This document shows positions 9,501-18,904 of a DNA stretch of 64,000 bases, piece after piece; the first letter of the stretch is position 1; the number at the start of each line of letters is the position of its first letter. Below the pieces are notes generated by a model that was given only the letters and a program-made list of their open reading frames with translations, made no database searches and had not been told where the DNA came from. Origin of the DNA: Macrostomum lignano (taxonomy: Eukaryota); the NCBI GenBank assembly GCA_002269645.1, contig NIVC01002668.1, positions 1 to 64,000 on the forward strand, in the 5' to 3' direction. The position numbers and the translations under genes are program-made.

Positions 9501-10358
9501 ACAATTCTCATCACCACCACCATCATCATCAGCATCATCGGTGCTGGAGTTGCGAAGCAAGAGTAGAGGAATAACCTTGCGAGAGGCACAAATCCCAGGA
9601 AGAGGCTGGCGAATGACATAGGCCTCATCATCTTCCCAGCTAAAAACTGTGAAACAGATTTCGGAATTATTTTCCTCTATAACGTCTAAATCGGAAATTG
9701 CGACTGGTAGTGCGATGCCGCTCAGATCGATTTCATCCAACCATCTGCTGTAAGTTGTTAGTCGATGGCAAGACTTCATCACACCAGGATCTCTGATGTG
9801 CAGGTAAGCGAGACAGGCAAACAGAAAGCAATTGTTTCCATCGCTCGGTGGGTTGATTATGGCCTTCTTAACCGCCAGCTGATTGGGCAAAGAAAAATTC
9901 GCGCATCGTCCACGATAGTAGCGAATGCGATCAGTGAGGGCAGAGCACAGATCAAAATAGTTGATTTGCTCAACTATCCAACCGCTCCCATTTGAATTGT
10001 AGGCATCAATCTTGCGTTCCAGCTCAGAAAACTGCTGCAACCACCACAATTCAAAATCTCTTAGATCAGAGAGAAGCTCAAGACCGCATGCGATCCACTT
10101 ATCTTCTGCATTGATTACCGCAGCTTCCTTGATTCTCACCATTCTGATGTTGAACTTGAGCTGCGCTCGAATAGATTTATTCTCGGATGAATCGAATCTC
10201 ATCTCAACAGCCTGTAGCACTGCAAACTTCGTTGATGATAAAAAATGAAATGGCTCGAGATCTCTTGATGCTGGAGTGAAGCGTCTGACCTGCAGCGTGT
10301 CATCATGCGCACTAGCGTGAATAGCCGAGCTGAATTGAATGCCTGCATGAATTAGCAT
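6600..10358 (-). CDS. Protein-primed family B DNA polymerase with terminal-protein/OTU-like N-terminus, C2H2-like finger and endonuclease VII-like insert
   Basis: Intact 1252 aa. Motifs: GSGW; LP..L..KKAIINP..NNCF; GHWCAV; CEKC...H...C; ExoI YADFE; WDHDHLSGEYKGAAC..CN; FHNLRGYD; Pol A DANNLYG; Pol B KLKNNSLFGKT; Pol C GDTDSL. Confidence 0.97.
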   Translation of the reverse strand: MLIHAGIQFSSAIHASAHDDTLQVRRFTPASRDLEPFHFLSSTKFAVLQAVEMRFDSSENKSIRAQLKFNIRMVRIKEAAVINAEDKWIACGLELLSDLRDFELWWLQQFSELERKIDAYNSNGSGWIVEQINYFDLCSALTDRIRYYRGRCANFSLPNQLAVKKAIINPPSDGNNCFLFACLAYLHIRDPGVMKSCHRLTTYSRWLDEIDLSGIALPVAISDLDVIEENNSEICFTVFSWEDDEAYVIRQPLPGICASRKVIPLLLLRNSSTDDADDDGGGDENCGTGHWCAVSNLDRLLNSKKGLRNRKWCEKCISPFRSQEELEQHRDSCNPQLKPAIMERMPDASSNTMQFMAWEKTISPPFVVYADFEALNTPREPVESEREVTVTKLTEHVPVAAGYIVIPREGMSSKILRPSEDVFLCSGPNPNSVVKQFLASLERLAREVYGWNTEFSHQIADRNRDDNRRSFQDAPQCYLCNAVFISSSDKHWDHDHLSGEYKGAACASCNKLARLKRRFLPIVFHNLRGYDLHLIFSTALGDMTGWRVSVIPQTAESYLSMRVEFQIDEYEKDGVKKPLFFTLQFIDSLQFLHSSLSQLIKNLPEDNCPITNAMRSKYPNLSSDVLFSKGVFPYDYLSNLNVLDDRQLPKVESFFNRLTNGHCTEAEYRHAQKAWTEFESTTLRDYMLCYLELDIRQLADIFEGFRRLSLQEDKLDPVHFVSTPGLSFASALKSSQVKIELLTDLEMYKMFEKGIRGGMSFVNVHHVQSESSDDDNEPAGRSLLAVDANNLYGHALTMPLPVGGFRWLSQEELCSWSECRFLSLDDDAPIGYLVEADLLYPAEIHTATEDLPFAPEKRCPNFEEFPQYMRELWVLLQHDNDHSQHHQQQQPDANTTENPTVARYRGVQKLMLTCHNKFSYVLHSSALRFYLSHGMKLHGLHRMIEFRQEPVFADYIKMNSEKRSMAKNDFEKDFYKLKNNSLFGKTMENVRKRRDIRVCSDKKKAKTVSSQPNVASFTIITPSLSIFELQKREVTLDRPIFMGQCVLDRSKIIMYRLYYDKIKPMLEFRDGARVRVCGGDTDSLFLSLENLSLQREVLPILHAEGLLDTSNFLTNHPLFSNRLKAKLGCIKDEAGGLQQIEWVLLRPKLYSFLAESSAACKAKAKGIQRSVMKNEVSHDDYVKIFKGASKLSLTVRRIGSEKHRVFTIEQRKLALSIWEDKRAWTGSNSSLPFGHFQLLIRGSPKRTADCLE

Positions 10359-10440
10359 GTTGTTGGGTGTACGCGTTTCACTCGACAGTTAAAATTTATA
10401 AATCATAATCCTAATTCCACCTCATTATGGTGCGGGAATC

Positions 10441-10750
10441 GGTTAATCAGGAATCAGTGAATCGGGAATCGGCGAATCGGGAATCGGTGAATCGGGAATC
10501 GGCGAATCGGGAATCGGTGAATCGCTAATCAGTGAATCAGGAATCGGGAATCAGTGAATCGGTGAATCGGTGAATCGGGAATCAGTGAATCGGTGAATCG
10601 GGAATCAGTGAATCGGTGAATCGGTGAATCGGGAATCAGTGAATCGGTGAATCGGGAATCAGTGAATCGGTGAATCGGTGAATCGGTGAATCGGGAATCG
10701 GTGAATCCGTGAATCGGGAATCGGTGAATCGGCGAATCAGGAATCGGGTT
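10441..10750. repeat. Tandem array of GAATCGGT/GAATCGGG/GAATCAGT units (roughly 35-40 copies) upstream of the PolB start
   Basis: Directly visible 6-8 bp periodicity, e.g. gaatcggtgaatcgggaatcagtgaatcggt. Confidence 0.95.
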
Positions 10751-11529
10751 TTATGACTACTTTTTCTTGTACTTATAGAGGGAAGAGTCTACTTTACTGG
10801 CTTTACTAATCACATTGGATTGACTCACTGGTTGGTTCGATTTCGATAGCAAAATTGGTAGACTCAAGCGGCCGATCACTTGCTGATGATGATGATGAAG
10901 TGTCTCTCGAAGAAGCCATCTCGGTTCGGTTGATGACACGGCTTAGAGCATTTTCGATGAGAATTAGATGAGGAAATTTGCTGAAATACATATTTGTGAA
11001 ATTATTTTTTCTTGCAAAAGTAAATTCAAATCCCTAATTTGTGGATATACGCTCGTATTAAGTGTACATATTTTCGAAAGTTGTACTTCGGGTCTTGTCG
11101 TTACGTGCCAAATTTCGGGGTCTCATAATGGGTTTAATAAAAGGGTCTTATGAAACGAATTCTAAAAATAATTCAAAATAACTCAAAGCTGAAAACTTTT
11201 CCAAAATTCTGCGCTTCATTGCGCTTTAAAACTTATATTTAAAAAATGCAATGATACGCTACATTATTAGAAGCACAAGTTAAAGAAGGAGATTACAAAC
11301 CCAACCAGAATCAAACCCAATCTGCATTCACACCCAAGCACAGCTTGCAATTGATCAACGCGCACTGCCTGCATAAATATGAACTTTAAAAATAGCAATG
11401 AGATGTTGAAAAGAAAAATAAACATTATTCACTTTTTCAATATACGGATAATCATGCATCTCGCAATTTAACTCAACACAAAATGTTGCTAAATTAATAT
11501 TTAACGACTGGTACATTAGAATTATTAGT

Positions 11530-12891
11530 TTAGAATTGAGAATTGCTCAGGCGAATACGGAAAGCCCCTCCCAAGTCAATCCAATATTCACCCGTAACAC
11601 TGTTGGGCAGAACCAGCTGGATGCAGAGAGGTGCTGGCTGCTGCACTTCATTAGCGGCCGCAGGCTGAACCTCAGTCGGTGGTGGCGGTGGTGGAGGCGC
11701 AGGGCCTGAGTCCATATCGCGAATCAGGTCGGACAGGCTGACTTCGACCGCAGGCTGAACCTCAGTCGGTGGCGGCGGTGGTGGAGGCGCAGGGCCTGAG
11801 TCCATATCGCGAATCAGGTCGGACAGGCTGACTTCGACCGCAGGCTGAACCTCAGTCGGTGGTGGCGGTGGTGGAGGCGCAGGGCCTGAGTCCATATCGC
11901 GAATCAGGTCGGACAGGCTGACTTCGACCGCAGGCTGAACCTCAGTCGGTGGCGGCGGTGGTGGAGGCGCAGGGCCCGAGTCAATATCGCGAATCAGGTC
12001 GGACAGGCTGACTTCGACCGCAGGCTGAACCTCAGTCGGTGGTGGCGGTGGTGGAGGCGCAGGGCCTGAGTCCATATCGCGAATCAGGTCGGACAGGCTG
12101 ACTTCGACCGCAGGCTGAACCTCAGTCGGTGGTGGCGGTGGTGGAGGCGCAGGGCCTGAGTCCATATCGCGAATCAGGTCGGACAGGCTGACTTCGACCG
12201 CAGGCTGAACCTCAGTCGGTGGCGGCGGTGGTGGAGGCGCAGGGCCCGAGTCCATATCGCGAATCACGTCGGACAGGCTGACTTCTGCCAGCATCCTGGC
12301 ACGCTCCATATTTTTTCCGGGAACAGGGATTGCACGCCGCTGCTGCTGCTGTTGCATTTCTTGCTGCTCCTGTGCTTCAGGCTCACCATCGGGGTTCTCG
12401 AAGAAAGCGGTGTCCAGCTCATTCAGCTCGAAGTCAGGGGTGCCACCTCCATCAGCAGCATCAAGCAGGGGAGCTCCGACATCATCATCAAGTAGAGCAG
12501 CAGAAGCAGCAGCAGGCTGGGCGTTGGGCTGGTCACCAGTGTTCGTTACTCGGCCGCATAAGCTCGTGATAACTTGACTCAAAGTGCTCACCGGGTCTCG
12601 AATGCGTTCTGCCGCCCTGTTGCGTTCCTCTTGACGTGCAACTTCCAGAGCAGTAATGCGTGCCTGCTCGCGGTCTTCAGCAGAGCTCCAATTAACAGTC
12701 GAATGATTTTTATGCCTTTTGATTTGGCCTCTAACGGTGAAGAGCTCAACGGACTGGCATTCATGGCATAGTAGCCATCGGGTGACACTGCAGCCTTCAT
12801 TCGCTACATGGTGCTTTAGTCCACCGAGCATACTAATATTGCAGGTGACACACACCTCATGAACGTAGGATGGGCACCGAGAATGGCTCAT
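11530..12891 (-). CDS. Polinton ORF with Cys/His-rich N-terminus, acidic and polyQ segments, and seven 30-aa polyproline repeats
   Basis: Intact 453-aa ORF. CxxC...HH and CxxC...HxxH at the N-terminus; repeat unit SLSDLIRDMDSGPAPPPPPPPTEVQPAVEV. Confidence 0.7.
   Translation of the reverse strand: MSHSRCPSYVHEVCVTCNISMLGGLKHHVANEGCSVTRWLLCHECQSVELFTVRGQIKRHKNHSTVNWSSAEDREQARITALEVARQEERNRAAERIRDPVSTLSQVITSLCGRVTNTGDQPNAQPAAASAALLDDDVGAPLLDAADGGGTPDFELNELDTAFFENPDGEPEAQEQQEMQQQQQRRAIPVPGKNMERARMLAEVSLSDVIRDMDSGPAPPPPPPPTEVQPAVEVSLSDLIRDMDSGPAPPPPPPPTEVQPAVEVSLSDLIRDMDSGPAPPPPPPPTEVQPAVEVSLSDLIRDIDSGPAPPPPPPPTEVQPAVEVSLSDLIRDMDSGPAPPPPPPPTEVQPAVEVSLSDLIRDMDSGPAPPPPPPPTEVQPAVEVSLSDLIRDMDSGPAPPPPPPPTEVQPAAANEVQQPAPLCIQLVLPNSVTGEYWIDLGGAFRIRLSNSQF
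11661..12285 (-). repeat. Coding tandem repeat, 7 x 90 bp
   Basis: aggg(c)c(t/c)gag recurs at 11701, 11791, 11881, 11971, 12061, 12151 and 12241 (exact 90-bp period). Confidence 0.97.
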
Positions 12892-13477
12892 GGTTTAAAA
12901 TTTAATCAAGGGTTTTTTGTGAAAATTTGAAATTTCGAAGTCCGTTTAAATCTCAACAAAATATATTTTTAATGGCTCAGTAGAATTTTTCAGTCCTTAT
13001 ATTCAAATCACCAGGCAATATCGCCTATATGTACACATACAGATATGTTTACACGTTACATATGTGTATGCACTAATTATTTTCTTACCGTTATTGAGCA
13101 ATAATAATAATAAAACTGATAACATTCCCCCCGTCCCGTGCATCAGTTAGTTTTAAAGACCTCCACCCCAGACCTGCACCCCACTTCCCCGCGCCCAAAT
13201 CAGCAGTATCAAGAAAAACAATAACAAGGCAATAAACGGCGCTTTGCAAGCTCACTTTCACAACAAATTCAGTCCAATTTGCGAGACTCGTACAAAAGTG
13301 CGGAGGAACTCATGAACATAGGCCTATGTATTCCCACTGCCAACAAAGTTTAAATATTGTGGAGATCGGAAGCCAGGTTCGCCCAATTCTCAATTAACTA
13401 TGGCTAATGTACACTAGAGAAGTTTTTTACTATTTTTAGAGAGTCAGTTTTGGGCTTCCCAGGAACTTATGCTGCTT

Positions 13478-14002
13478 TCCTCGCGGCAGAGTCCACCAAT
13501 CCATTTACATAGAGCTCTATTCGGCTTTTTTCATTGAAGATCGAGTAGTAGGAAAATGAAAAGCGTCAAATTTTTCTTTTTTTGTCTAATTAGCTTAATT
13601 ACTTCTCAAAGGATAAAAACATTTTCATTTAAAATCTAGAAACTAGTATTCTTTTGAAATGTTTGAAATGTTATTTCAAATTCGTCCTTTCGTTTCTATA
13701 GAAATACGATAAAAGATCGAGAAAATTTCTCGAACCGAATTCCAGAATCGGATCGCGGTTTTGGAACCGACTATGAAAACGGAACAGACAATATGAAAAG
13801 CTTCGAACCGATTCTGGTCCTGGAATCGGTCATATGAAAAGCCCGTATATTTCGCTCTCCGACCCCCCCCCCATGGAAATTCCGTGGCTTTCCCTGCGGC
13901 AGAGTCCACCAATGCATTTACATAGGCGCTATGTTTACACACATAGGCCCGTGGTTTTCCCACGGAAATTCCTGCGGCAGAGTCCACATTTCCCCTACTA
14001 CT
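13478..14002. repeat. Polinton terminal region with subterminal direct repeats (GCGGCAGAGTCCAC x3) and CTACTACT end
   Basis: GCGGCAGAGTCCAC at about 13483, 13896 and 13974. Terminus at 13995-14002, followed by AGTGAT (candidate 6-bp TSD; the left copy is not visible). Confidence 0.75.
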
Positions 14003-14205
14003 AGTGATGAAACAACTAATTAGATGGCGCATACAGACAGGTAAACGGGCACCCCAGGAACCTTCGGAATAAAGAAGGAATGATTGAGTAGATAAGCCAG
14101 TCATTTGCTTTACAAGTTCATCTAGATTTGATTTTAAATAGAGATTATTAAGAGTCGGCAATCAAAAAATACACATTTCTCACTAAAACCGCAATAAAAC
14201 CGCAG

Positions 14206-15582
14206 GCCTCACCGGCATGGACTTCCAGTTCACCAAGCACTCGTCTGACGGGCCACCGCGCTACAAGATTCTCAACTTCCAGCGCTTGAGCGGCGACTCC
14301 TACCAGTGGGAGGACATCGGCCTGTACAACGGCTCCTCTCTGATGTTGTGGCATAACCGGCTCCGCTTTCGCGACGGCGCTACGCAACCGCCTGTGTCGG
14401 CCTGCCAGCCTGAGTGTCCCGCCGACGCAAAACGGCAGATCAACCCTGGCGAGTGCCGCTGCTGGGTTTGCGTCGCCTGTCCCGAGTACGCCATTGTCAG
14501 TGGCGACCGGGAGCAGTGCGTCGAGTGTCAGAAAGGCCAGCGTCCGTCTGCGGACCGAAACCGCTGCGAGGACATCGCTCTGGAGTACCTCACCTACGGG
14601 CACCCCATAGCCGTGGTGGCGCTGATTTTTGCGTCGCTTGGCGTGTTGGTCACGTGCTTTGCTATTGCCGTATTCATTCGCAATCGGGATACCGCTGTTG
14701 TGAAGGCTTCCGGCAAGGAGTTGTCCTTCCTGCTGCTTCTAGGAATTCTCTTTTGCTACCTCATGACCTTCGTCCTGTGCGCCAGGCCCAACGACTGGCT
14801 CTGCGGCACGCAGCAGTTTGGCGTTGGATTCGCCTTCTCAATCTGCTATTCGGCTTTGCTAATCAAGACTAACCGAATTGAACGGATTTTCCGCGCCGGC
14901 AGACGAACAATAAAACGACCAAAGTTCATCTCGCCACTGTCGCAAGTGGTCATGTTCTGCCTGGTCACATCCGTGCAGATTGTTGTGCTGGCCGTTTGGA
15001 TGCGAATCGAGGCCCCCAAGGCGGTGCGGCACTACCCGTCCAGGGACAAGCATCAGCTCGTGTGCGCGTCTCTTGTTGGCTCGCTTTACCTGGTGGGCCT
15101 GGTGCATCCGATGCTACTCATAGTAGTCTGCACATTCTACGCTTGCCTGACCAGAAACATTCCGGAGGCATTCAACGAGAGCAAGCATATCGGGTTCACC
15201 ATGTACAGCACCTGCGTCATCTGGCTCGGATTTGTGCCCTGCTACTTCTCAACTGCGGCCTTCATCCACATTCGCATCGCAACCTTGAGCTTCTCGATTT
15301 CCCTCTCGGCGACCGTGTCTCTGGCCTGCCTGTTCGGCCCAAAGCTCTACATAATTCTATTCCGTCCGGAAAGGAACGTCCGTCAGTCGATGATGGCGAG
15401 CACTCGGAGGCAGCATTCGACCAGAGATGGGAGCGTTCTTCACCACGTCAACAACAATAACAACAGCAACAGCAACTGCGGCGGAGACCAGTCGCAGCAC
15501 GTCCTGCTGGCATCCTCCATGGCCTCCGGCAGGGGCAACAACCACCAGCAATCGAGAACCGACATCAGCACGCAGGCTGATG
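14206..15582 (+). CDS. Metabotropic glutamate receptor (class C GPCR), internal exon: end of Venus flytrap, cysteine-rich domain, 7TM
   Basis: Acceptor ccgcag|G at 14206. Motifs RYKILNFQ, PVSACQPEC...CWVC..C, VVKASGKELS, LLIKTNRI.RIF, KFISP.SQ, TRNIPEAFNESKHIGFTMYSTCVIWLGF.P, GPKLYIILFRPERN. Donor G|gtaag at 15582. Confidence 0.95.
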
Positions 15583-16028
15583 GTAAGCCATTCCTCTGTC
15601 TGAAAAAATGTTTAAAGCAAAACCTTTATTGATATATATCGAATCGTATAAGGGTGGTAAAATTAAGCAACGATATCGACCTAAAATTAAAGCTCAAACG
15701 ACCCAATCGACTGCAATTGATAACTTGTCGTACATGTCGACTCGAAGCGCTGAGGAAATTGGGAGGTCCAATGGTGCTTAACAGCAGGTATTTCAGGTTA
15801 CATTACCGAGATAGTAAGCTGATATTCTCATTTTCAAGTACGAGCTATTATTAAGACAAGAAGCTCCTCCAATTAATTTTATTGACTCGGGAACAGTTTA
15901 ATTTTACGTCCTAATCGAGTACCAATCATTTTCGGATGTTCAGTGATGATCGATTCCACTCAAAATCGAACAAAAATTAATAAAAATTGATTAATTTATT
16001 TTCAAAATCCTTCTGAATCCGACTTCAG

Positions 16029-16249
16029 TGGAGCTGGTGGGGCTGCTTCAAACGCCGGCCATGGAGTCCAACGAGTCAGCCGTCGGGAGCCCTTCCAGGA
16101 CGCAGAGCTCCACGCAGACTCATGGCGTCTACCGCAACGATTGCGTCACGCAGACCAGCTTTCATTCCATTAGGGATATGATGCTCAATGCGGAAATTAG
16201 TCGCAGGATCTACTTTCTGTCTGAGAGTACGGAAGAGGTGCAGCTTTGA
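16029..16249 (+). CDS. mGluR terminal coding exon (C-terminal tail ending EEVQL, PDZ-ligand-like)
   Basis: Acceptor ttcag|TG is phase-compatible with the phase-1 donor at 15582, and the frame stays open to TGA at 16249. Confidence 0.7.
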
Positions 16250-17347
16250 GCTCACTGTCGAGTTGACTAACGGTGTTGTTTTCGTTCTTTTTTAAACCTC
16301 TGTTTACCTGCTACACGCTCACTGTAATTACGATGCATTTCAAATAGCAAAACACAAAACCCGATACTAACCTCACGACTGACCACTTGCTTCTCTTGCT
16401 TGTTGCCGGAATTCAGTAATCACTGCACAACATACGCATAACTGGATGTATAGCTGCTTCTGATTGTTGTAGATTTTATCACTAATAAGGTGGTATAAAT
16501 GTTGATTATTCTAATGGAACTTATTGTCTTTGTGCATATGTATCCGTATCTATGTAAACGTATTTAAATCTGCACTCGTAAACATGTATATACATACATA
16601 TATTGACCAGTTGACCAGATAAATCGGAGTTATATAAGATTTACTCCTTCTTTTTATGCTTTTACACTGATGGCGGAGCTGAAGACCATCTGAACATCTG
16701 GCATAGCACAGCAAGGAACTTTGGAACGTATTTTAAGACTTGCTACTGTCTCAGCTTCATTATTTAAAGCTAATTTGAAACAGACAATTACAGACAAGGG
16801 GGAAATTATTTTAAGATTCAAAATTTTCATAATAAAGGTGTGTTAATCCCCCAAAATTCAGGCTTCAGTTATGAGCTCACAATACAATGAAACTACAAAT
16901 CGACAGCTATACGAGCTGACACACTTTCACCTTTTAAAAAAATTTAAAAAATTAAACCGTAATGCGTAAACACCAGTAAAACAAAAATCTGGCAAATTTC
17001 TGCTGGGGCGTAAAAGCCGAGTTGCAAAGTGCCATTTTCAAATTTTCCCTTCATTTTTATCGACTGAAATAACTGTGAAAAGGTTTCCAGCAGTAAAGTA
17101 TTCTGTTTGCAATTGTCAGATCTGAAGCATCAGTCGAACTTCTCAAAGAGACACGAATGCAGAATCGATTGACCAGACCATATAGTTGCTATGTGTCTCC
17201 TCACTTAAAGGAAAAGTTCCGTTGAGGTGCTTGTTATGACAATTATTATAACCACAAGCCTTCTTTCCCCCAAAGTGTGGAGTAGGAACAATCCGCATCC
17301 GACATTTAAAAATGCATTGCTTTATGAGACAGTAATGTCTCAGGACT

Positions 17348-17580
17348 AAAGCTGGACCTGTCCCTCAGCATCTCTCGGTGCGTCATCCGATACCCAGTGC
17401 TGGCGTCTCCCACCTGGAATCCCGCGTACTCCGCATGCAGCTCAGAGCCGTTCCACAGTTTCATCTCCACTTTGAGGGTGGCGCCGCCCTGGCTGAGCGA
17501 GTGGATGGCGGAGAGACTTGCGGGAGGAGAGCGGCTGAGTCTGAGTCACTTCTGCTCGGCTTGTGGCCTCTGATTCGCAA
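17348..17580 (-). pseudogene. Truncated third copy of the fibrinogen-domain exon
   Basis: Near-identical to 19150-19340 and 23690-23900. The acceptor is mutated (cccgcaa instead of cccgcag) and the 3' half is missing. Confidence 0.8.
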
Positions 17581-18904
17581 TGAAAATATTTTAACGTCAT
17601 AGCAGATGGTGCAGATAAAATTAGTTTGCTTTGAGCACGTCTTTTGTGTGCAATCTAAATTAGCTAATGCTAAAGCAGAATTAAAGCAAAATGAATTCTG
17701 CTTATGCAACTCACTTGAAAGCTGGCAGTGTTTCAGTTGGATAGCTTTTTGGCCTCCTCTACTCAGACTGCCAATCTTCCTCCAAGATGGGTTCTCAATT
17801 TGAATAGGACTAAGATAAGTTGAGCGGATTATCATAGCTAGGATGTTATGCGAGGATAAATGGAAAATGTGAGATACTTGTGACTTTATTGAGAATCCTC
17901 TCATCGCAGTAAAATAAAACAATTTCTTACCTACACCGTTTTTCAGGTGTACACTGCAGTGACACTCCCTATGTGATCGCTCTTTCTCCTTCTCTCTCTT
18001 CCTTGACAACAAGAAAAAGATATTAATTTCATCTGAAGTATCCATAGAAATGGAAATACTTTTAGAAATAGAAAATGAATATTTCTGGTAAAAATGCCCT
18101 GCTGAGTTGATTCCAAGCATTACTTGAGCAACTGGGAAATCTTTTAGAATTTCATACTCAAAGGAATTGAATGTTTCTGCTTATTCATTCATCTCATTAC
18201 ACCTGAATTTATTGTCACGCTTGCTAAATGGCCAATCAATTTGTCAGTTTTCCTGGGGCACGAGTAAAAAGCGGAAGTGCAGCATCCCAGACCGCATCAC
18301 CCCACCAGCCAGCCAACCGACCCGGCACTTAAAACGCCCTTGACACCAACATAGTGTCATTGGTGTAAAAAACTTCTAGAGAACTATATGCGCGCTGACG
18401 AACCATGTCCAAACGCCTTGTTTCTACCGATGAGATGACACTCACTCCGAACCTCTGACTCTCACTTGCTCACATACCAGCATCTTCATTAACCCAGCAG
18501 CAGCTCTCAGCGAATCTGCGGATCTTCACCATCAACTGCGAACACGCTCTCTGTTCTTGTGACACCTCCGATGAGTCCGTCTGCAGATCCATGCCTGGAG
18601 CTAATTGACATTTGTTTCTCGCAACTCGTAACTCAGCCTTTAACCATGTAACTCCTTTCTTAGTGCTTACCTTAGTTTTTGAGTTTTCTGAGTTCTTGAG
18701 TGTAAAAACTTTGATATAACTGAGAATTGCAAACAGCATCTGTGTATTTGAACTTTTCAGTCAGTAAAACTCTAGCAATATTGAAGATTTCGAGAAGCAG
18801 TAGTAGTTTGTGGTTAATAATTTGCAGAAGCAAGGCAATTAGTCTCAGAATATTTTAGCTAGTAATATAAATCCGATAAAAACTAGCTGCTCAATTTTTT
18901 ATGC

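Larger units (their letters stand above)
1..14002. mobile_element. Polinton/Maverick (adintovirus-like) endogenous DNA virus/transposon, right portion; left end and integrase lie outside the window
   Basis: Intronless cluster of minor capsid, major capsid, adenain-like protease, FtsK-like ATPase and protein-primed PolB. It ends in CCCCTACTACT (13992-14002), the reverse complement of the typical AGTAGTAG Polinton terminus. Confidence 0.93.

Noticed and set aside
1-14002. Retroviral-type integrase expected in a Polinton
   Set aside because: No DDE integrase ORF is visible in this part. It probably lies left of the window, so its absence cannot be claimed.
17461-18120. 219-aa minus-strand ORF
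   Set aside because: AT-rich, no recognisable motif, and it ends in an off-frame reading of the FReD pseudo-exon.
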